NCBI GenBank assembly: GCA_964514505.1
Contig: CAZEQW010000001.1
Span: forward strand, 1-43,472
Length of the DNA stretch: 43,472 nt
Reading direction: 5' to 3'
DNA from: an uncultured Erysipelothrix sp.
Lineage (GTDB): Bacteria > Bacillota_I > Bacilli_A > Erysipelotrichales > Erysipelotrichaceae
In this document: positions 27,820 to 37,280 of the stretch, in pieces
How positions within the stretch are numbered: position 1 is the stretch's first letter
How the letters are laid out: each line of letters opens with the position of its first letter
The notes under the pieces: model-generated
The model's database searches: none
Told to the model about the DNA's origin: nothing
The model's input: only the letters and a program-made list of their open reading frames with translations
Translations under genes and position numbers: made by a program

Positions 27820-29457
27820 ATGAGTCGTAGAAGAAAAGTAGCAAAAGCTGAAGAGGGTATGAACTTAGAAAAAATAGTTCAAGCCATTCAATTGATTGAA
27901 GATGATCGTAATATCTCTAAAGAGATTATATTTGAAGCGCTTCAAGAATCTTTGATTAAAGGATATCGTCGTGAGATTGATGTTCCTGATGCACAAGTAA
28001 CTGTAGAGTTAGATAGTAATGGTAACATACGTTTATATCATGAGTTTACAGTTGTTGAGGAAGTTGAAGATGACGCTTTAGAAGTTGGTTTAAATGAAAT
28101 TGAAAATAACGTTGACAACTTAGTCGTAGGAGATGTACTTCGTATTGAAAAGTCTGTTATGCAATTGGGGCGTGCAGCCGTAACATTAGCTAAAAACGTT
28201 ATCATGCAAAAGATTCGTGAAGCTGAGAAAGCTGGTGTATACAATGAGTATTATCGCCAGTTAGACGATATGGTCATAGCTAAAGTAGAGAGTGTTGAGG
28301 ACAAATTTATTGTTCTTGATCTTGGTAAAGCATTAGCAATTATGCCACGTAGTGCGCAAATGCGTAATGAACACTATACTGAAGGACAAACTATTAAAGT
28401 TGTTATCACTGAAGTAAATAAGGAATCAAAGGGTGCTCAAATCTTAGTATCACGTGCAAGTGATATGATGGTTCGTCGTTTGTTTGAACGTGAAGTTCCT
28501 GAATTTAGTTCTAACTTAGTTGAGATAAAAGCGATGGCTCGTGAAGCTGGAGACCGAACTAAGGTTGCTGTATTCTCTAATGATCCAAATATTGATCCAA
28601 TTGGTGCTTTTGTAGGTCACCAAGGTTCTCGTATACAGGCAGTTCGTAATGAACTATCAGGCGAGAATATTGATGTCTTTGAATGGTCAAGTAATATGAT
28701 TGAGTTAGTGCAAAATGCATTATCTCCAGCTGAAGTAGTGGCTGTAATTGAAAATCCAAATGGACATGGTTTAATGGTTATCGTTGATAAGTCTGAATTA
28801 TCATTAGCGATTGGTAAGGGCGGTAAGAATGCTCGTTTAGCAGTTCGCCTAACTAAAGAAGCTATCGATATTAAGTCTGTAGATGAAGCGGTAGAAAAAG
28901 GAATAGACTATATTTCTCTTCAAGCAGCTTACGAAGCTAAATTAAGAGCTCAAGAGATTGAACGTTTAGCTAAGAAGGAAGTTGTTGAGGAAATAGTTGA
29001 AGATGTAGCCGAAGAAGTAGTAGAAGATATGGTTGATGAAGTAGTTACTGAAGTAGCTGAAACTGTTGAAGATACAGTTGAAGAGGTAATCGAGGAAGAT
29101 GTTGAAGTAACTGAAGAGGTTGTAGAACCTATTGAGAAAGTTGTTGAAGTTCCTAAGCGTAAGCGGCCATTACTTAAACCTCGTACTGAAGAGTATGTAT
29201 CTAAGTTTGAGGAAATTGCTGATGCTTCTCGCAAGCAAGAAGAAGATACTCGTCGTCGTCGTTACAATCGTAGAAAAGATGAGATTGAAATTGTTTCTAC
29301 ATCTGAAATGCTTAAGGAAATGGATTATGAAATCTTACCAGAGTACTCTGATGATGAGTTAGAGGAGATTAAAGCTCAAACTCAAGCTAATGAGGAAGAA
29401 TGGTACGATGATGATATTGACTTCGATCTATATGATGATTACTACGATGAAGAGTAA
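27820..29457 (+). CDS. nusA: Transcription factor NusA with long acidic C-terminal tail
   Basis: S1 domain, QILVSR, AREAGDRTKVAV, KH motifs GAFVGHQGSRI and LAIGKGGKNARLA. Confidence 0.96.
   Translation: MSRRRKVAKAEEGMNLEKIVQAIQLIEDDRNISKEIIFEALQESLIKGYRREIDVPDAQVTVELDSNGNIRLYHEFTVVEEVEDDALEVGLNEIENNVDNLVVGDVLRIEKSVMQLGRAAVTLAKNVIMQKIREAEKAGVYNEYYRQLDDMVIAKVESVEDKFIVLDLGKALAIMPRSAQMRNEHYTEGQTIKVVITEVNKESKGAQILVSRASDMMVRRLFEREVPEFSSNLVEIKAMAREAGDRTKVAVFSNDPNIDPIGAFVGHQGSRIQAVRNELSGENIDVFEWSSNMIELVQNALSPAEVVAVIENPNGHGLMVIVDKSELSLAIGKGGKNARLAVRLTKEAIDIKSVDEAVEKGIDYISLQAAYEAKLRAQEIERLAKKEVVEEIVEDVAEEVVEDMVDEVVTEVAETVEDTVEEVIEEDVEVTEEVVEPIEKVVEVPKRKRPLLKPRTEEYVSKFEEIADASRKQEEDTRRRRYNRRKDEIEIVSTSEMLKEMDYEILPEYSDDELEEIKAQTQANEEEWYDDDIDFDLYDDYYDEE
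28975..29150 (+). repeat. Degenerate Glu/Val-rich coding repeat in the nusA tail
   Basis: EVVEEIVEDVAEEVVEDMVDEVVTEVAETVEDTVEEVIEEDVEVTEEVVE, with roughly 12-nt periodicity of GAAGTAGTT/GAAGAT-like units. Confidence 0.7.
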
Positions 29458-29468
29458 TTGGAGGTAAT

Positions 29469-29726
29469 ATGCGTAAGATTCCTATGAGACGATGTGTGGT
29501 TACACATACATCACTTCCAAAGCAAGACTTAGTGCGCGTTGTTCTTACACCAGAGGGTACGGTTGAACTTGATTTAACTGGTAAAAAAAATGGACGTGGT
29601 GCTTATGTTAGTAAAGATATTGATGTAATTGATCAGGCTATTAAGGAAGGTTCTTTAAATAGAGCACTTAAGACTAAAGTTCCTGATGAAGTTTACGAGG
29701 CTTTAAAAGCATATGTCAGTAAATAA
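29469..29726 (+). CDS. rnpM: YlxR/RnpM RNA-binding protein (RNase P modulator)
   Basis: RKIPMRRCVV...LVRVV...GKKNGRGAYV; nusA operon synteny. Confidence 0.9.
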   Translation: MRKIPMRRCVVTHTSLPKQDLVRVVLTPEGTVELDLTGKKNGRGAYVSKDIDVIDQAIKEGSLNRALKTKVPDEVYEALKAYVSK

Positions 29727-30015
29727 AATGTTAAATACCCTTGGATTAGCAAAGCGTGCAGGTAAAATTATTACAGGGGATGAGCTTATATTGCAAGTTA
29801 GTAAGAAACAGGTGGCATTGGTGCTATTAGCATCAGATGCCTCTGATCGTACTAAGAAGCAAATGCATTCAAAGTGTGAGTACTATGGTGTTGAAGTCAT
29901 TGAGTACTTCAGCAAAGAGGAGATATCAAATGCTGTGGGTATGGTCAATCGTATTGCGGTTGGGATTACCGATAGTGGATTTTCTAAATTAATAAAAAAC
30001 AAAATGAAAGGTTAG
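29713..30015 (+). CDS. ylxQ: L7Ae/L30e family RNA-binding protein YlxQ
   Basis: LGLAKRAGKIITG, LLASDAS, ITDSGF; directly upstream of infB. Confidence 0.9.
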   Translation: MSVNKMLNTLGLAKRAGKIITGDELILQVSKKQVALVLLASDASDRTKKQMHSKCEYYGVEVIEYFSKEEISNAVGMVNRIAVGITDSGFSKLIKNKMKG

Positions 30016-30026
30016 GTGGTTTATAA

Positions 30027-31868
30027 GTGAGTAATAGAAACAGAAGACCAAATAATAAGAGACGAAGTAATCGTAATAAGAATAATAATCAGCAACCGGT
30101 GGTTAAAAAGGCACCAACAGTAACTGAGATTGAGTATTTTGAAGGGATCTCAGTTAATGAGTTAGCAAAACGTTTAGAGCGTGCAAGTAGTGAAGTAATT
30201 AAATTGTTATTTATGATGGGTACTGTTGTAAACATTAATACTACACTAGATAATGACACTGTTGAATTAATATGTATGGAGTATGGTGTTACACCTACAT
30301 TAGTAATTCCAGTTGATGAGTTATCACTTGAAATAGATGAAGAAGAAGACAATCCTGAAGATTATGTTGAACGTGCTCCAATCATTACTATCATGGGTCA
30401 TGTTGACCATGGTAAAACAACGTTATTGGATACGATTCGTAAGACAGAGGTTGTGGCAGATGAGTTTGGTGGAATTACCCAGCATATTGGTGCTTACCAA
30501 ATTAATTACAAGGGAAATCCTTTAACATTCTTAGATACACCAGGTCACGAGGCTTTTACGGCAATGCGTGAGCGTGGTGCTAAGGTAACGGATATTGTAA
30601 TTGTTGTAGTTGCAGCAGATGATGGGGTTATGCCTCAAACTCGTGAAGCGATTGACCATGCTAAAGCAGCTGGTGTTCCTTTAATTATTGCTATCAATAA
30701 AATGGATGCAGTTGGAGCAAATCCAGATCGCGTATATTCTGAACTCTCTGAATTAGGTATTATGCCTGAGGAGTGGGGTGGAGATACTGTATTTAGTAAG
30801 ATTTCTGCTAAAAATGGAGAAGGCATTGATGAGTTACTTGAAACAGTTATCTTGGCTTCTCAATTAGAAGAGTTAAAAGCAAATCCAAAGCGTGTTGCTA
30901 CAGGTACGGTTATTGAAGCGAAGATAGATAAGGGTCGTGGACCAGTAGCTACTTTGTTAGTTCAAAATGGTACATTAAGAAACGGAGATCCAGTAGTTAT
31001 TGGGTCAACATACGGCAAGATTCGTCGTATGACAGATAGTAATGGAAAAGATTTAAATGAAGCACTGCCATCTATGCCAGTTGAAGTAATTGGTTTACAA
31101 GATGTTCCAGTTGCAGGTGACTTATTTAGAGCCTTTGATAATGATAAAGACGCGCGTGCTATGGCTGAGAAGCGTAATCAAGCTCGTATTGAAGCAGACC
31201 GTGCATCAAGTAGTGCTTTAAACTTAGATGATCTATCTAAGCAAATTTCAGAAGGTGATATTCAGGACATTAATATTGTAATTAAATCTGATGTTCAAGG
31301 TTCTGCTGAAGCACTTAAGGGCTCACTTGAGCGTATAAGTACTGATGAAGTTAGAGTTAACATTATTCGTGCAACTGCAGGAACAATTACTGAGAGTGAT
31401 GTTCTATTAGCATCAGCATCAAATGCTTTAATTGTTGGATTTAACGTACGCCCTACTGCGGCAGTTCGTAATTTAGCTGAAGAGAAGAAAGTGGATATTC
31501 GTTTATATAACGTTATTTACCACGCTATTGAAGCTTTAGAATCTGCTATGAAGGGTATGTTAGCACCAGTATACGAAGAAGTTATTTATGGTCAAGCAGA
31601 AGTACGTCAAACGTATAAAGTATCACGTGTTGGTACTATTGCTGGTTGTATGGTAACTGATGGTAAAATTATTAGAGACAGTTCTGTTCGTGTCATCCGT
31701 AATGGAGTTGTTGTATATGATGGTAAGATTTCATCGCTTAAACGTTTCCAAGACGATGCTCGTAGTGTAAGTCAAGGTTATGATTGTGGTATCACAGTTG
31801 CTAACTATAACGACATTAAATTGGATGATATTCTAGAGTCATATGGTGAAGAGCAAGTATTAGATTAA
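30027..31868 (+). CDS. infB: Translation initiation factor IF-2 (compact, 613 aa)
   Basis: MGHVDHGKTT, GGITQHIGAY, DTPGHEAF, NKMD, DVQGS, SLKRFQDD; GTG start after AGGTGG. Confidence 0.98.
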   Translation: MSNRNRRPNNKRRSNRNKNNNQQPVVKKAPTVTEIEYFEGISVNELAKRLERASSEVIKLLFMMGTVVNINTTLDNDTVELICMEYGVTPTLVIPVDELSLEIDEEEDNPEDYVERAPIITIMGHVDHGKTTLLDTIRKTEVVADEFGGITQHIGAYQINYKGNPLTFLDTPGHEAFTAMRERGAKVTDIVIVVVAADDGVMPQTREAIDHAKAAGVPLIIAINKMDAVGANPDRVYSELSELGIMPEEWGGDTVFSKISAKNGEGIDELLETVILASQLEELKANPKRVATGTVIEAKIDKGRGPVATLLVQNGTLRNGDPVVIGSTYGKIRRMTDSNGKDLNEALPSMPVEVIGLQDVPVAGDLFRAFDNDKDARAMAEKRNQARIEADRASSSALNLDDLSKQISEGDIQDINIVIKSDVQGSAEALKGSLERISTDEVRVNIIRATAGTITESDVLLASASNALIVGFNVRPTAAVRNLAEEKKVDIRLYNVIYHAIEALESAMKGMLAPVYEEVIYGQAEVRQTYKVSRVGTIAGCMVTDGKIIRDSSVRVIRNGVVVYDGKISSLKRFQDDARSVSQGYDCGITVANYNDIKLDDILESYGEEQVLD

Positions 31869-31878
31869 GGAGAAAACT

Positions 31879-32214
31879 ATGTCATTAAAGAAAGAACGTA
31901 TTGAATCATTAATTAAGCGTGAAGTAGCTTTAACAATTACCAATAAGATTAATGATCCTGCACTTAAATTTTGTAGTGTAACGGATGTTATTTTAACTGA
32001 TGATCTGTCATTTGCGACGGTTTATGTTAGTTTCTTGGATGATAAAGACAAGGAACCTGGTATTAATGTATTAGTTAAAGCAAAGGGTATGTTGCGTAAT
32101 GTTGTGAGTAAATCAATTGGTACGCGTCGTACTCCTGAAATTTTAATCAAACTTGATGAGTCGAGTGAGCGTGGTGCGCGCATTGATTCAATCTTGAGCA
32201 GTTTAGATAAGTAA
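31879..32214 (+). CDS. rbfA: Ribosome-binding factor A
   Basis: INDP, VTDV.LTDDLSFATVYVS, RRTPE, D.S.E.GARID; follows infB. Confidence 0.93.
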   Translation: MSLKKERIESLIKREVALTITNKINDPALKFCSVTDVILTDDLSFATVYVSFLDDKDKEPGINVLVKAKGMLRNVVSKSIGTRRTPEILIKLDESSERGARIDSILSSLDK

Positions 32215-32219
32215 AATAA

Positions 32220-32255
32220 TTAAAAAAGAAATTGCTTTATGCAATTCTTTTTTAA
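32220..32255 (+). terminator. Intrinsic (possibly bidirectional) terminator after rbfA
   Basis: TTAAAAAAGAAATTGC-tttat-GCAATTCTTTTTTAA inverted repeat with one bulge; AT-rich stem. Confidence 0.6.
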
Positions 32256-32268
32256 ACTAGAGGTGTAT

Positions 32269-33102
32269 ATGCAAGGATTTATTTCGATACATAAACCCGA
32301 AGGTATGACATCATTTGATGTAGTACGTAAGATTAAACGGGTGTATAAGACAAAAGCTGGCCATTGTGGAACTTTAGACCCAAATGCGACAGGTTTATTA
32401 ATTGTGGCAGTAGGTTCAGCCACTAAATCACTTCCTTATATGGGGCTTGAAACTAAGGTTTATGAGGCTAGTTTAAAGCTAGGTTTATCAACCGATACAG
32501 GTGATATTTGGGGAGAAGTGCTTGAAAAAAGAGAAGTGAAGCCAGTTAGTAATGATCAGGTCATTTCTGTTTTGCATTCTTTTATTGGTAAGCAAAAACA
32601 GCGAGTACCAATGGTATCCGCGAAAAAAATAGATGGAAAAAAACTGTACGAATACCATCGACAGAACATCGAAATTGAAACTCAGTATACTGATATTGAA
32701 GTATATGAGATTGATTTGATTGAGTTGAGTGAAGATACTATCAAATTTAGAGCGTTTGTATCAAATGGGACTTATATTAGAACCCTTTGTGAAGATATTG
32801 CTGAAAAGTTAGATAATATTGGCACAATGTCATCGCTAGTTCGTAGTGCAGTTGGGGACTTTAAGTTAGATAATGCCATCGCTTTAGATGAAGTTACTGA
32901 AGAAACAGAACTGCAAAGTCCTAAAGATGTTATTACTTTACCTAAGATTATCAATGTAGATCTCGAGTTTGATATTATGAACGGAAAAAGAATTGTGCTT
33001 GATACTGAGTTTGATCAAGTACTATTAGACAGTGGGACATACTATGCGGTATATAAAAGAGAAGATAATAATATATTTAGAAGTGTAAGAGGGCTATGGT
33101 AA
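32269..33102 (+). CDS. truB: tRNA pseudouridine(55) synthase TruB
   Basis: KPEGMTSFDVV, GHCGTLDPNATG, SAKKIDGKKLYE, GTYIRTL; SD GAGGTG before ATG 32269. Confidence 0.95.
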   Translation: MQGFISIHKPEGMTSFDVVRKIKRVYKTKAGHCGTLDPNATGLLIVAVGSATKSLPYMGLETKVYEASLKLGLSTDTGDIWGEVLEKREVKPVSNDQVISVLHSFIGKQKQRVPMVSAKKIDGKKLYEYHRQNIEIETQYTDIEVYEIDLIELSEDTIKFRAFVSNGTYIRTLCEDIAEKLDNIGTMSSLVRSAVGDFKLDNAIALDEVTEETELQSPKDVITLPKIINVDLEFDIMNGKRIVLDTEFDQVLLDSGTYYAVYKREDNNIFRSVRGLW

Positions 33103-33103
33103 T

Positions 33104-34048
33104 ATGAAAAGAACTATTATTAATGATGTATCCAAAATACATCTAACTACTGATAAGATAGTAGCTTGCATTGGTTTTTTTGATGGTCTACATAAGGGGC
33201 ATCAGGTTTTAATCAATAAAACTATTGAGCGTGCTAAGGCACTTGGATTACCAAGTGCGCTTATAACATTTGATCCCGATCCCTGGTCAGTACTAAATCG
33301 AAAGAGTGGGGTACGTCATATTACACCTTTGAAACGTAAGTTTGAAGTTGTGGAAAAACTTGGAATTGATGAAGTTATTGTTTTAAACTTTAGCTCAAGT
33401 GTAGCGTCATTGTCTCCTGATGAGTTTGTGAGTCATGTACTATTGGGGCTAGGAGTTAGTGAATTAGTAGCAGGTAGTGATTTTAGATTTGGAAAAAAAG
33501 CTAAAGGGAATACTGATTTTCTTATTGAAAACTATGCTGCTGTAATCACAACTCATGTTATGGGTATTGAAACTTTAGCTGAACACAAAATCGGGAGTAC
33601 TCAAGTTATTCAAACTATTTTACAAGGTAAGGTAGAAGAAACATTTAATCTTCTAGGTCGTTATTATTCAGTTGGTGGATTTGTGATTGATGGAGCGAAA
33701 CAAGGTCGAAAGATTGGGTTTCCAACGGCTAACTTAGACATAGTAGATGAATATGTTATCCCTAAAACTGGTGTATATATGGGCTATACGAAGGTTAATG
33801 ATAAAATATATAAAAGTATCATAAACATTGGCTATAACCCTACTTTTAATACAAGAGATAAGGTAGTAATAGAAACGCATTTGCTTGATTTTAATGAAAT
33901 GATTTATGGCGAGCACTTGCATCAATATTTTGTGAAACGAATCCGAGATGAGCTTAAGTTTGCCTCAGTTCAGGAGTTGATTGATCAAATGAAAGTAGAT
34001 GAACAACAAGCTCGTGATTTCTTGATTGATGTAGACGAATTACTTTAA
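33104..34048 (+). CDS. ribF: Bifunctional riboflavin kinase / FAD synthetase
   Basis: GFFDGLHKGH, TFDP, DFRFG, GRKIGFPTAN, NIGYNPTF, ETHLLDF, IRDE.KF. Confidence 0.95.
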   Translation: MKRTIINDVSKIHLTTDKIVACIGFFDGLHKGHQVLINKTIERAKALGLPSALITFDPDPWSVLNRKSGVRHITPLKRKFEVVEKLGIDEVIVLNFSSSVASLSPDEFVSHVLLGLGVSELVAGSDFRFGKKAKGNTDFLIENYAAVITTHVMGIETLAEHKIGSTQVIQTILQGKVEETFNLLGRYYSVGGFVIDGAKQGRKIGFPTANLDIVDEYVIPKTGVYMGYTKVNDKIYKSIINIGYNPTFNTRDKVVIETHLLDFNEMIYGEHLHQYFVKRIRDELKFASVQELIDQMKVDEQQARDFLIDVDELL

Positions 34049-34063
34049 TTTGTTAAGGAATAA

Positions 34064-34072
34064 TGGTATAAT
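34064..34072 (+). promoter_or_regulatory. Extended -10 promoter upstream of the yqhY-like gene
   Basis: TGgTATAAT about 20 nt before ATG 34092. Confidence 0.55.
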
Positions 34073-34091
34073 TTTTTTAGTAGGTGATAAT

Positions 34092-34421
34092 ATGACAGAT
34101 TATGTATTGATTCAAAGTGGAAATATTGGAATGGGACAAATCGCCATTTCAAAAAATGTAATAAGCCATATAGTAAACGAAGTAATTAATCGTGATAAGA
34201 GTCTTTTTCTAGATGAAACTCGTTCTTATAAAGCAGCACCAATAATCAAGATAGAAGGCAAGAATCTTGCTATCACTTTAAAAGTTCGTGTTCAATATGG
34301 TAAGAACGTTGAAGTAGCATGTCGTAATTTAGAGCGTGAGTTAACAGAGCAACTGCAATTTATGGTTGATTATCATGATCCTAAGATTAATTTCAATGTT
34401 GTGGGATTTAAGTTTGATTAG
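34092..34421 (+). CDS. yqhY: Asp23/Gls24 family protein (YqhY-like)
   Basis: GQIAISKNVI, V.YGKNV, INFNVVG; upstream of nusB as in B. subtilis; AGGTGA SD before ATG 34092. Confidence 0.78.
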   Translation: MTDYVLIQSGNIGMGQIAISKNVISHIVNEVINRDKSLFLDETRSYKAAPIIKIEGKNLAITLKVRVQYGKNVEVACRNLERELTEQLQFMVDYHDPKINFNVVGFKFD

Positions 34422-34442
34422 AAGCAGATATCTGCTTCTTTT
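34420..34442 (+). terminator. Perfect 20-bp palindrome, probable terminator between yqhY and nusB
   Basis: AGAAGCAGATATCTGCTTCT followed by TTT. Confidence 0.55.
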
Positions 34443-34456
34443 AGTGTGGAGGAATC

Positions 34457-34858
34457 ATGAGTAGAAGAAAACAAAGAGAGAATGCTATTAGAGTTGTCTA
34501 TACGCATTTAATAACAAGCAAAGATATGGATGAAATAATGGATGATTATCATGTAGCATCCAGTAGTAGTGATTTTATTCATTATAGTATTATTGACCCT
34601 GAACTGGTTGATGCTCTATATAGAGTAGAAGAACGTTCTAATATTTATATTACAGTTATAAATACAAAGTTAAAGAGCGGATGGGAATTTTATCGCTTAG
34701 GTAAAATGGAACAGTCGATCTTATTATTAGCTTTAGCTGAACTTGAGCAAAGTATTCAAGAGAAAGCAATTATAGTTAACGAAGCTGTTGAACTCGCTAA
34801 ACTTTATGCGGATGAAGATTCATTTAAACTAATCAATGGAGTATTAGACTCACTATGA
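34457..34858 (+). CDS. nusB: Transcription antitermination factor NusB
   Basis: MSRRKQRE.A, W.F.RL, NEAVELAK.Y, INGVLD; SD GGAGG. Confidence 0.92.
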   Translation: MSRRKQRENAIRVVYTHLITSKDMDEIMDDYHVASSSSDFIHYSIIDPELVDALYRVEERSNIYITVINTKLKSGWEFYRLGKMEQSILLLALAELEQSIQEKAIIVNEAVELAKLYADEDSFKLINGVLDSL

Positions 34859-36258
34859 GTGATAAACAAGTATTAAGCGTTACTGAGTTTATGAATTATT
34901 TAAAAGGGGTTCTAACTGATATCCCGTTCTTTAGAAATGTCTCTATAGTGGGTGAAATATCAAATTTCACAGCCCACCGTAGTGGTCATTTCTATTTTTC
35001 TTTAAAAGATGATGATTCTATCATTAAAGTGGTAATGTTTAGAACGGCGTCTCAAAGGGTGCTATTTAAACCAAAGAATGGTGACAGGGTTGTTTTAAGG
35101 GGTTCCTTAAACGTTTATACGGCTTCTGGTGATGTTCAATTCTATGCTAATGCAATGATATTAGACGGATTAGGTGAGCTATATTTGCGATTTGAACATC
35201 TAAAAAAAGATTTAATGGAAAAGGGTTACTTTGAAGAGTCTTTAAAGAAACCTCTTCCGAAATACCCTAAAAGTATAGCAATCATTTCAGGTGAAGGAAG
35301 TGCTGCTTATGCTGATATAGTTCGCACTCTTAAAGAACGCTGGCCATATGCTAATGTGACGGATTATTTCTCATATGTTCAAGGGGAACAGGCTATTGAT
35401 GATTTATCTAAGAGTATACAATTAGCTGATGGAGATGATCATGACGTGATCATCTTAGCACGTGGTGGTGGTTCTTTAGAAGATTTATGGGCATTTAATG
35501 AGATTAAAGTTATAATGGCTGTCTTAACCTCTAAAACACCAATAGTGAGTGGTGTTGGTCATGAAAGTGATGTTACACTTGTTGATTTTGTTGCTGACTA
35601 TCGTGCTGCGACACCAACTGCAGCTGCAGTAATAGCTACACCACACATGGATCAAGTATTTAGTAATCTTCGTGATTTAAATAATGGGATGTACTTAAGT
35701 GTAACTAAAAAGATTAAGTCTGAAAAAGTACATTTAACATATTTCAACAGTTCAAAGACAATGACTCAACCAGAAAGTATTTTTGATACATACTATTATA
35801 AGTTAGATTTGCTAAATAGTAAGTTATTGTCTAATACCAAAATATTTAATAAGGTAAATCAAGACTTAAGTGTAATGCGAACTAAAAATCACGAAAAAAT
35901 TATAAAATTATTTGATAAAAAAGCATTGCAATTATCATATACATTACTTAATAACACTCAGAGTATTAATCATAAAATCAGAAGTAAAAAAGATGATTTT
36001 AAAAGATTGGAAGATTATATATTAAGTAATATTGTACGTATGCTTACATTGAAAAAATCTGGCTTTAATGCTATTCTTAATTCAATGAATCATCTATCTC
36101 CGTTTGCAATATTAGAGCGCGGATATAGTATAACGAGTAAAGGAAATAACGTGATTAAATCAGCTCACAATGTCGAGATTGGTGATGCAATTAGTATTAA
36201 ATTAAAAGAGGGGTCAATTAAAGCCTCTGTTATAGAAAGGACTTTTGAAGATGAATAA
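34855..36258 (+). CDS. xseA: Exodeoxyribonuclease VII large subunit
   Basis: GEISNF, SGHFYFSLKD, ARGGGSLEDLWAFN, VGHESD, TPTAAA, LSP..ILERGYSI. Confidence 0.96.
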   Translation: MSDKQVLSVTEFMNYLKGVLTDIPFFRNVSIVGEISNFTAHRSGHFYFSLKDDDSIIKVVMFRTASQRVLFKPKNGDRVVLRGSLNVYTASGDVQFYANAMILDGLGELYLRFEHLKKDLMEKGYFEESLKKPLPKYPKSIAIISGEGSAAYADIVRTLKERWPYANVTDYFSYVQGEQAIDDLSKSIQLADGDDHDVIILARGGGSLEDLWAFNEIKVIMAVLTSKTPIVSGVGHESDVTLVDFVADYRAATPTAAAVIATPHMDQVFSNLRDLNNGMYLSVTKKIKSEKVHLTYFNSSKTMTQPESIFDTYYYKLDLLNSKLLSNTKIFNKVNQDLSVMRTKNHEKIIKLFDKKALQLSYTLLNNTQSINHKIRSKKDDFKRLEDYILSNIVRMLTLKKSGFNAILNSMNHLSPFAILERGYSITSKGNNVIKSAHNVEIGDAISIKLKEGSIKASVIERTFEDE

Positions 36259-36460
36259 AGAGTTTAATTTTGAAAAAGCAATGAATCGCTTAAATGAGAT
36301 ATCACAAGCACTAGAGAGTGATACGATTGAGTTAGATAAAGCAATGGCTTTGTTTGAGGAAGGACTTGATTTATCCAAGAAATGTCAGGAAACATTAGAG
36401 TCCTATGAAGTTCGCGTTAAAGATTTAGTTCTTAAACATAAGGGGGAGCAAAATGATTAA
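36251..36460 (+). CDS. xseB: Exodeoxyribonuclease VII small subunit
   Basis: FEKAMNRLNEI...LE...LDKAMALFEEG..LSKKCQETL; follows xseA. Confidence 0.93.
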   Translation: MNKEFNFEKAMNRLNEISQALESDTIELDKAMALFEEGLDLSKKCQETLESYEVRVKDLVLKHKGEQND

Positions 36461-37271
36461 GAGCTTTGATTTGTTTCTGAAGAATGAGTTTAGTAAGTTG
36501 GGTGACTCTAAGGTTCTTGAGGCTATGGAATACTCATTATTCTCATCAGGTAAAAGACTTCGAGTATCAATGATTTTATCTTTATTGAAAGATATGGGTG
36601 TTGAAGAGGAAGAAGGATATTACGCTGCTGCTGCACTGGAGTGCATTCATACATATTCTTTAATACACGATGATTTACCAGCATTAGATAATGATGATGT
36701 GAGAAGATTTAAACCAACTAACCATATTGTATATGGTGAAGGTCTTGCTATTTTGGCAGGTGATGGTTTACTTACTACTGCATTTTATCTTTTAAGCAAA
36801 GGAAATTATGATCCTAAGGTATTTGAAATCTTATCCTATCATGCTGGCATTAATGGCATGATTTTAGGACAAGAATATGATATTTTAGCATCGGTTGATT
36901 CACTAGAATCACTTGAAGAGTGCTATTCACTAAAAACAGGAGGACTGTTTGCTGCTGGTCTTCAGATGGCTGGTTTAATTGCTGATTTTGAAGATTTAGA
37001 TACATTGCAAAACCTAGCTTATAACTTAGGAATCGCGTTTCAACATCAAGATGACTTATTAGAAGTTATATCAACTACTGATATTGGAAAATCAAAATCA
37101 TCAGATGAAGATCGCAATAAGTTAACAATTCTAAACTATATGTCAGTTAATGAGGCTATCAAATATGTAGATGATATGTTCGATAGTATATATGGTAATA
37201 TTGAAAGTCTTAATCTACAGTCAAGTAATTTTTTAAATCTTATTGAGTCTATATCTAAACGCGAAATATAG
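36453..37271 (+). CDS. ispA: Short-chain polyprenyl (farnesyl) diphosphate synthase
   Basis: GKRLR, HTYSLIHDDLPALDNDD.RR (aromatic residue at -5 from the first Asp-rich motif, indicating a short product), GQ..D, KTG.LF, FQ.QDDLLE. Confidence 0.92.
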   Translation: MIKSFDLFLKNEFSKLGDSKVLEAMEYSLFSSGKRLRVSMILSLLKDMGVEEEEGYYAAAALECIHTYSLIHDDLPALDNDDVRRFKPTNHIVYGEGLAILAGDGLLTTAFYLLSKGNYDPKVFEILSYHAGINGMILGQEYDILASVDSLESLEECYSLKTGGLFAAGLQMAGLIADFEDLDTLQNLAYNLGIAFQHQDDLLEVISTTDIGKSKSSDEDRNKLTILNYMSVNEAIKYVDDMFDSIYGNIESLNLQSSNFLNLIESISKREI

Positions 37272-37280
37272 GAGGACCTT

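Noticed and set aside
35690-36090. Very AT-rich stretch inside xseA suggesting a foreign insert
   Set aside because: It is in frame and corresponds to the variable Lys/Asn/Leu-rich helical region of XseA; no flanking repeats.
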